Of a DNA stretch of 64,000 bases, positions 13,881 through 28,297 are shown one piece after another (the stretch's first letter is position 1; the number at the start of each line of letters is the position of its first letter). This DNA is from the human T2T-CHM13v2.0 reference genome, Homo sapiens, in assembly GCF_009914755.1 (NCBI RefSeq), contig NC_060930.1. The stretch is one strand, 5' to 3'. The notes beneath the pieces are model-generated. The model did not search any database, was not told the origin of the DNA, and saw only the letters and a program-made list of their open reading frames with translations. The translations under genes were made by a program, and so were the position numbers.

Positions 13881-14397
13881 CCACATTTAGCTCTTAAATT
13901 CACCACAGATAACTAAAAGAAGTAAAATACAGCATAAAAAAGAAAAAGACCCATCAGTTTATCAATAATTTTCCTATAACGTTTTAAGTATTAGAGTGGG
14001 GGCCCACCACTGACATACATCCACCTACTGTGGTGTTCAGGTTGTTCAGAGATCTTAATCACTTCTTCTCTAAGTAGGAACTGTGAAAGTGGTACTTTGG
14101 TTATCCTGTCTCTTACTTTCAGCAAATTGCTCTGTCACCCTTCCCTGACCCTATATATAATCATATGTTAGACCTTATATCAAGGTTTTAGTGTGTATAA
14201 CCTTGATGTTGGATTATTGAAGGACTTTGTCTTTAATCTCCCATTTGGTGATTAAAGTCCTTTGTGAGGTGTTTTCACACTGAAGTAACTCATTGATTTC
14301 TCTCTGTATGCTGTTTTTTCCAGATGATGGCTAAGAGAAAAAAGGCCCACTTCATTGAAGTACCTTTTACTTAATAGTTGATGCTGTCTTAAGATAA

Positions 14398-14772
14398 CAG
14401 GTTAGTTTTCTAGGGCTGGTATAATAAAATACCACAAACTGGGTGGCTTAAGCAATAAAATTTATTTTCTCATAGTTCTGGAGGCTGCAAGTCTAGGAAT
14501 AAGGTGTTGGTTGCTTTGATTTCTCTTGAGGCTCCTCTCCTTGGCTTGCCAATGTGTTCTCACATGGTTTTGTGCATCCCTGGTGTCTGTGTATCCAAAT
14601 TTCCTGTTCTTATTAGGATACCAGTAAGATTGCATTAAGGCCCATCATGACAGCCTTATTTTAACTTAACATCCTCATTAAAGGCCCTATCTCTGAATAC
14701 AGTCACATTCTTAAGTACTGGGGGTTAGTTCAAATAGCAGTTTGAGGTGGGGGAACACTTCAGTTCATAACA
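14398..14772 (-). mobile_element. MLT1B/C-type MaLR solo LTR
   Basis: aaataccacaaactgggtggcttaagcaataaaatttattttctcatagttctggaggc...cagttcataaca. Confidence 0.85.
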
Positions 14773-14972
14773 GATAATAATTTAAAAATAATGCCTGCCC
14801 AAGAACAGGGCTCATTAAAGTAACAAAATGAAGTGAATCAACCCTCGTATATCAGCAGATCATTTCCTCTTCTTGAGGTACATTTTATGTAAACTAATTT
14901 ACATTTATATTTCCTCTCTTACTGTCAGTGTATAAGATGAAAGAAGTAATAAAGAGGATATAAGAAACTTCT

Positions 14973-15228
14973 GCTGGGCACAGTGGCTCACACCTGTAAT
15001 CCCAGCACTTTGGGACCCAAGGCGGGTGGATCACTTGAGGTCAGGAGTCCAAGACCAGCCTGGCCAACATAGTGAAACCCGTCTCTACTAAAAATACAAA
15101 AACTAGCCGGACATCCTTGCTTGAACTCAGGAGATGGAGGTTGCAGTGAGCCAAGATCGTGCCACTGCACTCCAGCCTGGGTGACAGAGTGAGACTCTGT
15201 CTCAAAAAAAAAAAAAAAAAAAAAAAAA
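14973..15228 (+). mobile_element. Alu (AluS) with ~50-bp deletion in the right arm
   Basis: Sequence jumps from tagccggacat to cttgcttgaactc; TSD aagaaac(t/c)tct. Confidence 0.95.
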
Positions 15229-18200
15229 GAAACCTCTACACATACTATCTTGCTATTCTCACATTCAAGGTGGTTTTCAGCAAACTGGGCAGAATCTTCA
15301 GCTTGGGCTATTCCCTTCTTATTGCCATCCTTTATTCTTGGTTGGTTCATTAGTTGCTTTAATACAAAAATAACAGAGAAAAATTACTTTTATTTTGGTC
15401 TTCTCCCTTATTAATTCACAATTTAAAAGTTTGAGACTTATGATAATTTTTTAGTTCTTTCTCATTACCAAATAGTATATATCCTGTCCCCAGGAGCATG
15501 TGTACTCTACAAATTAAGTGTAGAGATATATGTACATTTCAGTTGTTTGTAATGTAGACAAGGCCACAGTATTTATAGTACAAAAGATGGAATAATTTGC
15601 TAACAGAAACATAAACACCTGGAATTTTGAAGACAGTGGACATTAGAGCTGACACCCAGTGCAACACGGAAGTTAGCAGAGTCAAGAACTGAATTCGGGA
15701 CTGTTGATTCCTAGTATTTCCATCAATTAGAATCAAATCAAGTTTTTAAAAACACATATGTGCAAAATCTGGTGATTAGATTTTGGGTTTCTTAGGGCTG
15801 GTAAAGAGAGACGCATCTATAATTTCTGGAGGAAAACCTAGTGTTGAAATGTCCAACACATCTCATTGGGTTGGGGTTAAGGTGGTATACTTGGGACCTA
15901 TATTGCAGACAGCACCAAGATTAGAATGGGAATTTTTAGTATTTAACTTTGATTTCCCATGTTTTAAAGTATTAACTATCTAGCACTGCTATTGAAAATT
16001 ATGCCATTAAGCCCTTCCACATCATAATATTGTCTTTCAGCAAGATGTACGGAACTAAAATAAGACGTCTGTATCCATATTCAATAAACCACATGTACAA
16101 GAAGGAAGGCAAAAAGACAAGGGGGAAGGAAGGAAGGAGTGTGGTATTTGGGAGATAAGAGAGGAGGAGAGAATGCCATATGTTTTTCCTACTTATTAAA
16201 AACACATGCATAGGAAAGGCATTCCATTTATGCTTAATTTTGGAATAAAACCAAGCTTATAATTTTTAATCACTGAGGCAGTGAGAAAATATTCTTAGTT
16301 GATTTTAAAATACATTTTAGTAGGCATTAAGAGTGCTTATTATCTGGCTCATTTGAGTCAGTCACCCTAAGGGTTAGTGAATTAATCATTCATTTGAAGT
16401 CATCAGCTAATGAGTCATCAATAGCTCAAAGCTGTTAAGAAATTATTATTTTAAAAAATAAAATCACTTTTTTCTATACTCAGATATTTTCTATGTTCAT
16501 TAGGTGTGTATTTTTCCCTAAAGCATTTCCAAATTCCAAGTGTGTTACCTTGTGTTATCATTTACAATGTTAATAACCTGAAAAGTCAAATTAACTTTCC
16601 AGCCAGTTAGTTGAACAGTTAAGGAATTATCTTTCAAAGACTCTTGCATTTTATGAGTCTGTTATTAAAGTCTATTACTGTTTTAAGGCCTGAAGAGGAT
16701 CAAATAAAATACATATGAGCAAAAAATATGAAGGACATTTAGAATCTGGATCAAACTGAATATAGGATATAATTATTCCTTACTCTGTAACGTGCTCACT
16801 ATACTTTAAGTGATAGGAAAAATTTCTCTACTGAAGTAATGTAAGTGAAATATATTCTCTTTGGCATGTGAATACCACATTCTGTTTTATATTGGTTACC
16901 AAGATGTTTAGCAACTTAAGAAGGACATTTAATATAAGCCAGTCTTTTCTTACTCAGGTTTCTTCTGGCAATGACATACACTAAGAAATTCTGACACAAA
17001 AGTATTGGATGTTTATGAAATTCCACCAAAAGGGTCTAGTTCTAAAAATATTGCCTGCTCTCAAATATTTAAATATTTAATATTTAATCTGTGGTTCATT
17101 CAGGCCCTTCTCTTTCAACTTTTTATTTATTTACTTTTGTTAACCCAATTTTATAGCTGTGTTCTCTGGTTGGTAGGTTAAAAGAGAGGTAAAATCAAGT
17201 GTTGACCATTTTGCAATGTAATGGTGACACTGGCCATGGGCTTCCAATGGAAGAAAAGGGAGAAAATGTGAAAAAGTCCAATGGGCTGAGGAGGTATAAC
17301 TAAGTATATCTTTTATATGTGCTGTTTTCAGTCACCCCTTCTATTGCCATAGTCAATCAAGAGTTGGCTCATTGGTCAAAGGAGATTACTGTCAATCCAG
17401 ATATGTCTCTGAATTTGTATACCAAAAAGTCCAGAAAATTCTGAAATTAATTTTAACATATCAGGGGCTTACACAGTGCTGGTACATATTGGGTTCCCAA
17501 TGAATGTTAGTGGAATTAATTTACTTTTTAGTTCATTGTGGAAAATAAAAGGAATAATCAATTTTATTGTGCTATACTTAGGGGTGAGTTTGCCAAAGAC
17601 TCTATGTCAGGAAAGGGAGAACATATGTGGCTGGTTATAAAATTTTATGTTTTACAGTGATATAAGGCGGTAACTGGGTTATACACCAATTGCAGGGAGT
17701 TAGAGGAGGCATGAATACAATGGTACTCTGGTTCATTTGAACCTAGAATGAATGAGGAAAGTAATTTAATTTCAGTGGCTGTGTATATGTTTTCAAAAAT
17801 GTAGAAAATATAAAAGCTAATTCTGAAATGCAAAAGGAATTCAATACTTATAAAATTGGCCAAAGGCCTTTTTGACACATTAGCTTTGTATTATCTTTTT
17901 GTCCCATGTATTTGCAGTTTAACCTTAAGGCCCAACCCCTATTTGAAATAAAGGAACTATCTCTATTTTATCAATGAAACAATTACTCGGGTGTACATAA
18001 CATTTCAATTTCATGATTTTATAAGTCAAAATGATCATTTTCAGTTAGTTTCATGAGAATTGCAGATGTTTCATTTACCAAGGTCTTATCATTGGTACAG
18101 CACATTTTTCTCATTCTCTAGTCTCCCAGAAATTCCAACATTTACCTGTGCATGCAAATTACCTTCATTTCCTAGATGTAAACCTGAAAATAGAAACCTA

Positions 18201-18399
18201 CTCTTTATGAAATTTTACACATTTACACGTTCTGGTAACAGATACCAGAAGAGTAGGAAAATACATTTTAGATGCAAATATTCCCTCTTTCAATTTGAGT
18301 AGAAAAAATATTTTGACATTATTAATTTTATTAAACAGGTAAAGAACAGATTTTTAAAAAGACTTTCAAGTGCCTTATGCACACTCACGTGACTTCTAT

Positions 18400-19430
18400 G
18401 TATGGCATTGGGAACCAGCTATGAGACTTGTACTATCCTTGACATCCTGAAGGAATATTAAAAAGAAAGTGTTGCTGTCTGGATGGAGCAACTTGAGGTA
18501 GACCTTGAAGGATTTATATGAACCAAGGAAATATTTCAAGGACAATCTTATAGATGATAATAGCAGGCAAGGTTAAGACCTAGCATTGGGAAGAAGCAAA
18601 GCCTTTTGCAGGACACATGGCCTTCCTGGAGTATTGACTTTAAATTGGAGAGGAAAAGAAGATAAGTTTGGAAAGATACTTGGAGTTCAGATTAGTAATA
18701 ACTTTAAAAGCCAGGCCAAGTAACTAGGTTTTGTGGTAGTGGTAAGACTTTCTAAGCATAAGATAAATATATTAGGAGAGGTTCTCAAGAATATAAACTT
18801 GGTCATGATCTGAAGAGTGGTTTGGAAAATATTGGAAGGAGAGAGAAAAATAAAGTATAGTTGGGACATGGACCAAAGTAGTAGCAAGGAAAATGGGAAC
18901 ATTTTTGATTCTCAGATTCTCAGTCATCTCAATCTACTAGCTACCTTTCTTCACGTTTCTCTCTCTCAATCTTGATTTCCAGGACACCACATCTTCCCAG
19001 ATTTTTTTTCCTACTTAGCTAATCCTTTCTTCCCAGTCTCCATCGCTGGTTTTTCCCTGTCTTCACTAGCACTTAACATTGGAGTGCTCTAGAGCTCAGT
19101 CTTTGTTTCTTTTCTGAATCTGCCCTCATTCACTGCTGATGTAATGGCTTTAAAAACTATTTAATGCCCACAACTCCCAAACTCTCCTTTATTTCAGTCT
19201 CTTGTTTTTTCTACTTGGATGTCTGATAGACAATGAAATTTATCATAGCCAAAACTGGACTCTATACCTTTCCTTCTAAATTTAGTCCATTTATAGTTTT
19301 TCTCTTCTCAGTGATGACATTACTCCATCATTCAAATTGTTTAGCTCAAAACCCTTTGCGTCATCATTGACTAAATTTTATTTCATGCCCCACACCCAAT
19401 CTTTCCATTAACTGTTCCCTATCTATTTAG
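18400..19430. mobile_element. L2 fragments (minus ~18400-18900, plus ~18910-19430)
   Basis: L2-like motifs, e.g. cttgatttccaggacaccacatcttccc and ctacttggatgtctgatagac. Confidence 0.55.
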
Positions 19431-20669
19431 TCTCTCAACAATGTGTAGGTTTTTCCTCTTGATTTGACACAGGAAGCTATTCACCTTTGCTTTAAAAACT
19501 TTAATTATTATCGATATACTTAAAATTATTTGCATAATTTCTCTGGTTATGGAAATAATGTGTGGTCACTATATAAAAACACATTCAAATAAAATGGAAC
19601 TGTGTGACTTAGAAAATGAAATGTCCCCCACGATCCCACCCTCAGATAGCCACTGTCACAATCGCTTTTTGAGAACCCATTATACATCAGGCATTGTGTA
19701 AGGTGTTGTGAAAACAAAGCCAAATAAGACATTACCCCATCCTTCAAGGAGCTTACAAGACTTCGATAACCAAATCATCCACTAGTACATGGATATGGCC
19801 ACGTGCTATGACCTTTAGCTCACTCCCTGCGCTGGACACTAACCACTCCCTCTGGCCTGGATTATCCTCCTGCCTTGGGGCTTGTGCTGGCCTCATGGAT
19901 GCAGAGAACACTCTGCTGACAGCATGAGGGATGAGGAAAAGGAAACAAAGAATTCAGAATGAAGATGCTGGATAAGGCCAGGAAGACCAAAGGCAAACAA
20001 TTTTGAAAAGACTGTTTCTGAGATGATCCAGAAACTCAAAGATTATTAAGTCACGTCACCTGTAAATGAATGGCTTTGAGTATTTTCTGGAGTTTTTTGC
20101 CTTCTCAGTGAAAGATCTTCTGAGAACTAAAATCATTATTTGAAAAAAAGAAAAGAAAAGAAAAGAAAGAAAAAGTCCCTTAGGCTAAAATAATCTTCTC
20201 ATAACTTCAGAAGCAAGGTAGCACATATTCTTAGCTACACTTTGTAAAAGCACCCAGGTCAGGAGGTGTACTTGACCCAGCCTGGAGGAGGCCCTAGGGG
20301 AATTTTTAATATATGTGTGTTTGCTCTACAGCCTTCACTACTCTCCCTTCCCTATCTCTGTCATGAGAGTAACATCCTTCATCACCTAAGCTCCCAAGAG
20401 AAAAAGATCTAAGATGACCATTGATGCTTGTTAATGAATTGCTTCCATTTTGATTTGGAGCCTTTTATCTCTAACTGTGAAATGAATATATTTGTTCTTC
20501 AGTAGCTTTATGTTACTGATTCTTTAGTAACTTATGCTTTGCAAGCATACACAAAATCTCTTATACTTGCCAGATCTTTGAAAGTACCAATTCTTGTCTT
20601 CAGTACTATTTGTAATGTTATTATATTCTACTATTAGCAAAGTCTTCGCTGTTAATGAGATTCTTTTTT

Positions 20670-21240
20670 TTTAAGTGAAGGTCTCACCCCACTATACACT
20701 GAATTATTTTGGAACTAATCCAAGATATTATATTTCATCTGTAAATATCTCAGTATCCCCAAAGGAGTCTCCTCTCATTGTAATTGAATCACAGTACTAT
20801 TGTCCCACTAAATAATTAACATTATTTTTTATTATCAAACACTTGGTATTAAAATTTCCCCAGTAGTTTTATAAGTCTTTTTTTTCTGTTGGTTTCTTTA
20901 TATCAGGATGCAAATAAGGTCCACACACATCATAGTTGGTTAACCGTATCTCTTTAACTTATATCTCGTTTAGTTCTTTCCTCGTCTTTAATTTTCTTTG
21001 TGATTTCTTTGTTAAAGAAACCAGGCCAATTTGTCCTGTGTCATTTTCCACATTCTGGACTTAACTGATTTAAGTGTTGTTTGACCAAGTTTCTCTGCCC
21101 CATATATTCTGCATATGGGTCATTTGAGCAGGTAGGTTTTTTTGGCAAGAATATTTTATATAGGGTATTGTGTACTTCTTATTGGATCTCCTTAGGAAGC
21201 ATATGATATCTGTGGTCTCTTTCTCTGATATCAAGATGAA
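20670..21240 (-). mobile_element. Old L1MC-type 3' fragment
   Basis: caggatgcaaataaggtccacac and ttgttaaagaaaccaggcc...ttccacattctggac resemble the L1MC4/5 3' UTR. Confidence 0.55.
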
Positions 21241-24064
21241 TATTAAATTGGATATTGTTGGATTTGAGAAATACTCTTTATTGAATTAAGCCTCCAAGAT
21301 TTCCATGATTTTCTGTGACAACAGCCAAGTTACTCATCATTACTAATATACCTATAATAACATTACTTTGTCAAGGAAGAAGTATCGCAAATTAAATTAC
21401 AGGCATCAAAATAATCATCTTTGACATTATTCAATTTTTAATAATATTTTCATGATGGAACCCTCTTTACCTTAAAAGCATAACTATTTTTATCATTATT
21501 TCTCCCTCTGATATGGAGATTTCTAAGAGAAGTATGAGATTGGAAGAGTATCCTTGTTAATGATTTTATTGTCTTTCAAAACCAAGACAGCCTAATCTCT
21601 ACCCAGCCACACCAGGTAACAAATATTTTTTAAATTGTCTCTACATTCCATTAAGAACTCTTTTGTTTAAGCAATAACAATTTCTTCGTGTCCAATAATA
21701 AGCTTTTTTGATAACAGCATCATGTATTTGATGGTTTGGCAAAGGTCTCTGAAGCAAGACAATCTCTGTAAAAGCCACAAGCATTTAAAACTTTAAAGAC
21801 CGTGATCTAGAGTCACAAGATTCTCAAAAGAACCAAAGAAAAGACAACAGAGAAGAAAAGGGGAAGGTGCTTGTAAGTTTACAAAGTAGATTTTCATTAT
21901 CAAACCTTCTCTACTGCACCCTGAAAAAGACGTTCAAGACCCTAAAATTGATCTGGTAAAAAGTTGTTTGGCAATTGAAAATCTATCCATTTAGTACGAG
22001 ACTTTCTACTCACATAGAACAAATCTTGATAATAATTCTTAAAGGGTCTGAAAAAGAGGCTTTGGCTCTTATGACTTTATAAAAATGTTTGCTGTTCTTC
22101 ATTTGGTCATGATTAATGCGGCCGGAAATGATGTGATTGCAACCTCCACTGTTAGCCCTACCGGTATTAATCATCTCCAAGGTGATCTCAGTTTCCGTGG
22201 CAACTCTAATATTTATTTTTGCACTATAGCACTGTCTGGTCTCTGATGGTTGGGATGACAGAGTAATGCTGAAATGTTTAGTCTCAGTCACAAATTTCTC
22301 ACATCCCTGATGTTAGAAAACCATTTCACCACATTCAAGTGTTATTACTAACCCGTACTCAGACAATTGCATTACAAAGGTGTTCTGAGCCAACCCTGTT
22401 GCTTGATTTCAGGTTACCAGGCTTTAAGGTCCAAAGGATTTCCACTGACTAAAGAAGCTCTTGGTATTTGCATCCAAATTTTCATAATAACAATTTTAAA
22501 CATACATAATGCATCACTATCACAATCATATGGAAATAGACTGAGCAGTTCTAGGTATAACTCCTACAAGAAAAAGAAAATATATGTTAAGTAGAGCTTT
22601 ATATATTCTTCCAGTCAAAGATATCAATCAAACCCAAGAAATTAAGCTACAATTTCTGAATTTTGTTACAATTAATAACATTCAAGAGTGAATCATAAAT
22701 GAGGAAAAGTCACTGATCTTTCCTGTCTTCATCAGAAATAATCAAATTATACTAGATATCAAGATTTTCCTAGAAAGAGTCTCTGGAACAAAGGAATAGA
22801 GCAGGTTGCCTTACACTTAGGTGGACACAAAGGTGACAGAAAGCTGTTTTTGAAAGATGGCTTAGGGCAAAATTCTGGATTCTTGCCCCCTTGAATTAAC
22901 ACTGTTTCTATTCCTGTCACTTTGCTTCAAGTTCCTTTCATCCTGCATGTCTTTTTAGATACCTGCTAAACCCCTTGGACTGATAAACCTTAATGTGCCA
23001 GCTCTCCTGGCTTTCAAAAAAAAAATCATGGCATGTAGGCATCTTTCATTCTGCCTGTGCTCAAAATTGGCTCCATCTTTTTCTCTTGCCAAGGATGAGA
23101 ATGGTAGCACAGAATGACATATGGCCCTGTTAGAAACCTATTCTTATAATCCCGGATACAAGAGTAGGGAAAGGTTTGAGTAGAGATAAAGAGGGGGAAG
23201 CATGAGAACACTGGGTGAAGTCACCAATGCCAGAATGGCCACTTCCTAGGGTCACACAGCTGTGGGCACTGGGACCTCTAGCCTGTCCCTCTAATGAGAG
23301 TCCCCATCCTACCCCACCTTCATCAAATTCCTAAGTGTTCATATCTGGTGCTGTCGTGGTTGTAGAGGATAAGAGCTTCAGGGAGGCTGAGCAAACAGGA
23401 GTCTTTACCTACCAGGTGCCCAGAGGATACACTGTAAGAAGATGGAAGAAAAACCTAGCAAAGCAAAGGGCACAGCTTCAAACAAAGAGGAATCTCTCAG
23501 TCTTCACATATCCAGACTTTTGGATTTTTTCTATTACATTCCTTAATTCAGAGACAGTGAGTATCTCCAGGCATGAAAACATGCCCAAACAGAATGAATC
23601 CCATCCTGAGTCCCTGCTACTTCCCCCAAAAGTTGAAATGCTATGATTAAGTTGTCCTATTTATTTCTTTTAATGCTTCCAACATAAAGGGAGTGAGGGG
23701 CAGCATTTGGACACAGAAATTAGGTCTGCTTCTCTGTCATGTTTTTATGCTCCTGTCTAGGAAAATCCCCATAGAATCTTAGGCAGATTTCAAAGTCCAC
23801 TGTCATCATGATAAAAGAAATGACTTGAATAAGACATAAATATAATTAGCTTCGTTCTTTTAAAGGGAGCACTTTATCTTTGAGGTGGCTATTCAGAGAG
23901 TGGACACTCCCACGGGAAGCCTTTAAAATAGGCAAGATGATGTGATACAGAATCTGGGTTCCTGGTGGTGCCTGCTCTCTACTTGGTGAATGGAAATATG
24001 GATTTCCTGACATCACTTTCAATTTTGTCTTCCCCCCACCCTAGAAAATGAGTCCTTTGGGGTA

Positions 24065-24696
24065 TGTGAACCCAAAATATCTGAGAAGGTCTCAATTGAT
24101 TTACAAAGTCTATTTTGTCAAGGTTAAAAATGCCCCACTGACACGGTCTCAGGAGGTCCTGACGATATGTACCCAAGGTGGTCTGGGTACAGCTTGCTTT
24201 TAGACATTTTAGGGAGATATGAGACATCAATAAATATGTGTAAGATGAAGTGGTGGGGGTGAGTGCTTCCAGGTCATAGGTAGATAAAGAGACAAAATGT
24301 TGCATTCTTTTGAGTCCTTGATCGGCCTTACACTAAATACACAATTTAGCTGGGCCCAGTAAACCTGCATTTTTACATAAATAATGGAAGCCATCAGATA
24401 TGCATTTGTCTCAAGTGAGAAGAGCCGTGATGACTTTCTGTCCTGCACCTGTGATGATAAGCTATCAGTTCGCATTGCCAGGGTGAAATTCAACAGAACT
24501 GTTTTAGGGTAAATATTTTGAGGCTCACAAGCAATTTCCTTGTGCGCAAATTGTGAGGGAGGTATGTAGCTTTTTTGTCTTTATAGCTATTTTATTTAGG
24601 AATAAAATAGGAGGCAAGTTTGCCTGATAGAGTTCCCAGCTTGACTTTTCCTTGGCTTAGTAAGGTTGAGGTCCCAAGATTTATATTCCTTTCACA
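24065..24696 (-). mobile_element. MER4A-type ERV1 solo LTR
   Basis: TG...CA termini (tgtgaa...ttcaca) and 4-bp TSD ggta/ggta. The reverse strand starts tgtgaaaggaatataaatcttgggacc, like MER4A. Confidence 0.9.
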
Positions 24697-25306
24697 GGTA
24701 GAAACAAAGGGCAGTCGGCTTCCTTTATTTCCCTTCAACTTTGAGCATTTTTCTTGTTGTGTAGTGGATATTTCTCTGCCACTAATACAGGGACAGTCAC
24801 CACAAAACACTTCACAGTTGTTGAAGTGGAGTGCTTACAAAGTACAGATAGGATGGCCTTGGAATGAAAGCCTCCCTGCTGACTCGTCCGCCCGAGCATG
24901 GATGCTAAGTGGCTCACTTAGAGCCAAAAATTCTACCCCAAGTATAAGTACATTAACCTGAAACAGCAAGACATCTTGAAGCAACTACATGAAAAGCCCT
25001 GAACAGCAGCATTTAGGATTTGCAGGTGTCTTACAGGATGACCTTGTCAGAAAGAAAGAAAGGAGAAGCAGCCACAGGACCCTGTCCTCTGACAGCTCTA
25101 CCGGCAGCCAAGCCTTAGGCCAAGCACTGGCCCTCTTGGGGTAAGCGTGCTGCTGTAGGTGCATGATACATTTTGAAGACCAGTGATTGCTTGATTTTAT
25201 GTTCTGACTGACACTTTCTACGTGACTTGGAGAACTTGAATTTTGGAGACCACAAGCAGGACACCCTGTAATACAGTGTACTGGCAAGTGTAAAAGATAC
25301 ATTGCC

Positions 25307-25639
<333 letters not shown>

Positions 25640-25971
25640 TTATGTCCCTGTCTTGGGAGGCATTGTGTTTTCCAGACCAGGTGAGCAGGGCAAGCAAAAC
25701 CAAAAGAAGTGAAAGATTCAAAGATGAAAAAAATCATGAAAGCACTGACTAAACCAACACAAGTAAATTCTAATACTAATATACTTAATTGGATATTAAA
25801 ATTATATGATCTGATCAAAATACAATGTCTTCTTTCTTTCTCTCTCCCTCCCTTTCTCTTTCTCCCTCCTCCTTTAAATAAAGCAAGCTTGCTGCCTCTT
25901 TTCTGAAGACACTCAGCTCTGACAGCCACCTTCCTTGCAGGCCTGACCTCTCTCTCCTTTATAGTGACTGA

Positions 25972-26415
<444 letters not shown>

Positions 26416-26889
26416 TGAATTCAGATGAAAGAGAATGTCTTAGAGGGAGACAGGAAGACAGGAAGGGGAGTATGCTGCAGGAGACAGAGTGTAGAGAAAG
26501 CAATCAGGTTGCTATGAACTGGTGGAAGGGCTCCAGCCTATATTTGCACCAGATGGGATAACTGCCTCCTCCTTCCCCAATCCCTGTGGTGCCAGGCCCT
26601 TGCTCTCCTCCTGCTGGACTCCTGGAGCATGGGCCCGGTGACTCCAGCCACAGTCTTCACCCAGTCCTGAGGAGCTCCTTCTTCTCAGTCCCTACTTCCC
26701 TCAGGACTGCTCCACTTCTTCAAGACCACGGTAGGCAGATAATGAGGCTGATATAGTAGGAGCTCAAATTGTGAACTATATCAAAAGCCGTTTTCATATA
26801 ACAGATTAACAACTACATCCATGGAAGCCTGTGTGAACCTTTGTCCCCTAGAGGAGGTTTTGCAAGTTGAATTATTTGGAATCTAGGCA

Positions 26890-27085
26890 GCCCATAGTGG
26901 TGTGGTTAAGAACATGGGTTAGAAAGAGAGACCTACATTCAGATCATAGCTTTGCCTCTAAACTTGAGTTTTCCTAACCGCAATGGCAAATAATAAGAGT
27001 GCCTTCCTCCTAGTGCTGTTGAGAGGATTAAATGAGATAATGCCCAGCAAACACATAGTAAATGTGTTAGCAATATTAGTTGTAG
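26890..27085 (+). mobile_element. MIR SINE
   Basis: gtggttaagaacatggg...gttgagaggattaaatgagataatg. Confidence 0.75.
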
Positions 27086-28074
27086 TCATTGAGTCAGCCT
27101 GAAGAAAAATGTTAAGGCAGGCTCTGCTAATTTTTAAAGTCGTTTTGCTCTTCTTTCAGTTCTTCTACTTCTTATTGGACAACTTTAATTCTCCAATTCC
27201 TAGGGTTCTGTTGTCTATGTACTACAGTCCCCATAACCATCACTACCCAGCCGTCCAATAACATCTAAACCCCTTCCCCAAATTAATCAAGCACATAGTA
27301 CCCATGAATCATACACTCCATTTATCAAAGAATGTTAAGACTGAAGTTTTCTCCACAGAAATATCTTGAGGTTGGCTAGTTAAAAATAACTTACTTTATA
27401 TTCAAAACTCAAAAACCATCTCATCCCTCATCTAGATTTAAATGTCTATTTACGATTCTTCCATGCACTATGCTGGGACTAACCTCAAAACTAAGTGATA
27501 CTAAGTTGTAAAGAGTTTTCTCTACCAGTTAATGTTTGTATAATAATGGCTTTCCTTGACCAGACTTCTATGAACATCCAATGGTGGGACTTGCAAGCTG
27601 TGCTGGCCAACTAGAGTAGAAGGGGCATTGATTGGTACAGGAAGGAGTGTCGGTGCCACGTAGATGGCCACACTTTATTTTGGAAAATACTATATTAAGC
27701 AGCTGTACAAGGGTTACTTGTGATATCAACAAGCCCTGTCTTTCAGGACACAGAAATAGATTTCATAAACAAAATCCTACATTTAAAGGAAATTCACTAA
27801 AATAGAATTTTCCTTGCAGATGTGATGAACATATATTATTGGACTATCAAAAACAAAAATCCCTGCTTCAAATAGTAGTGAAGACTATGGGTTGCAAACT
27901 TCACATATATAAGAATTTCTTCAGATGCTCATCAAAAATACAAATGCTGGGATCCCAGTGATTCTGGGATGGCCCCTAGGACTCTGCATTTTAATGAGTA
28001 CACTACATGTTTCTCTTGCAGGTGGTTTAAGAATGGTGTTTTGAGAAAAACTATTGTAGACTCATTCTCTATAG

Positions 28075-28297
28075 CCGTAGTTCTCAACTGGGGGCGAATT
28101 TGCTACCAGGGAACGTGTGGCAATGTCTGGAGATATTTTTGGCTGTCACAGCTTGAGGGGAGAAGGATGCTGCCAGCATCTAGTGGGGAGAGGCCAAGGA
28201 GACTGATAGCCATGCAACAATGCACAGTACTATAATCACCCACAACAAAGAATTATCTGATCGAAAATGTCAGTGGTGCTGAGATTGAGAAGACCTA
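28075..28297 (+). mobile_element. MER20 hAT-Charlie DNA transposon
   Basis: Collinear with the MER20 consensus (gttctcaactgggggcg...ggcaatgtctggagatatttttgg...caacaaagaattatc); 8-bp TSD ctctatag/ccctatag. Confidence 0.9.

Noticed and set aside
22100-22210. CpG-containing cluster with ETS-like CCGGAAAT and C/EBP-like motifs in non-repeat DNA
   Set aside because: Short motifs alone cannot support an enhancer call without conservation or chromatin data.
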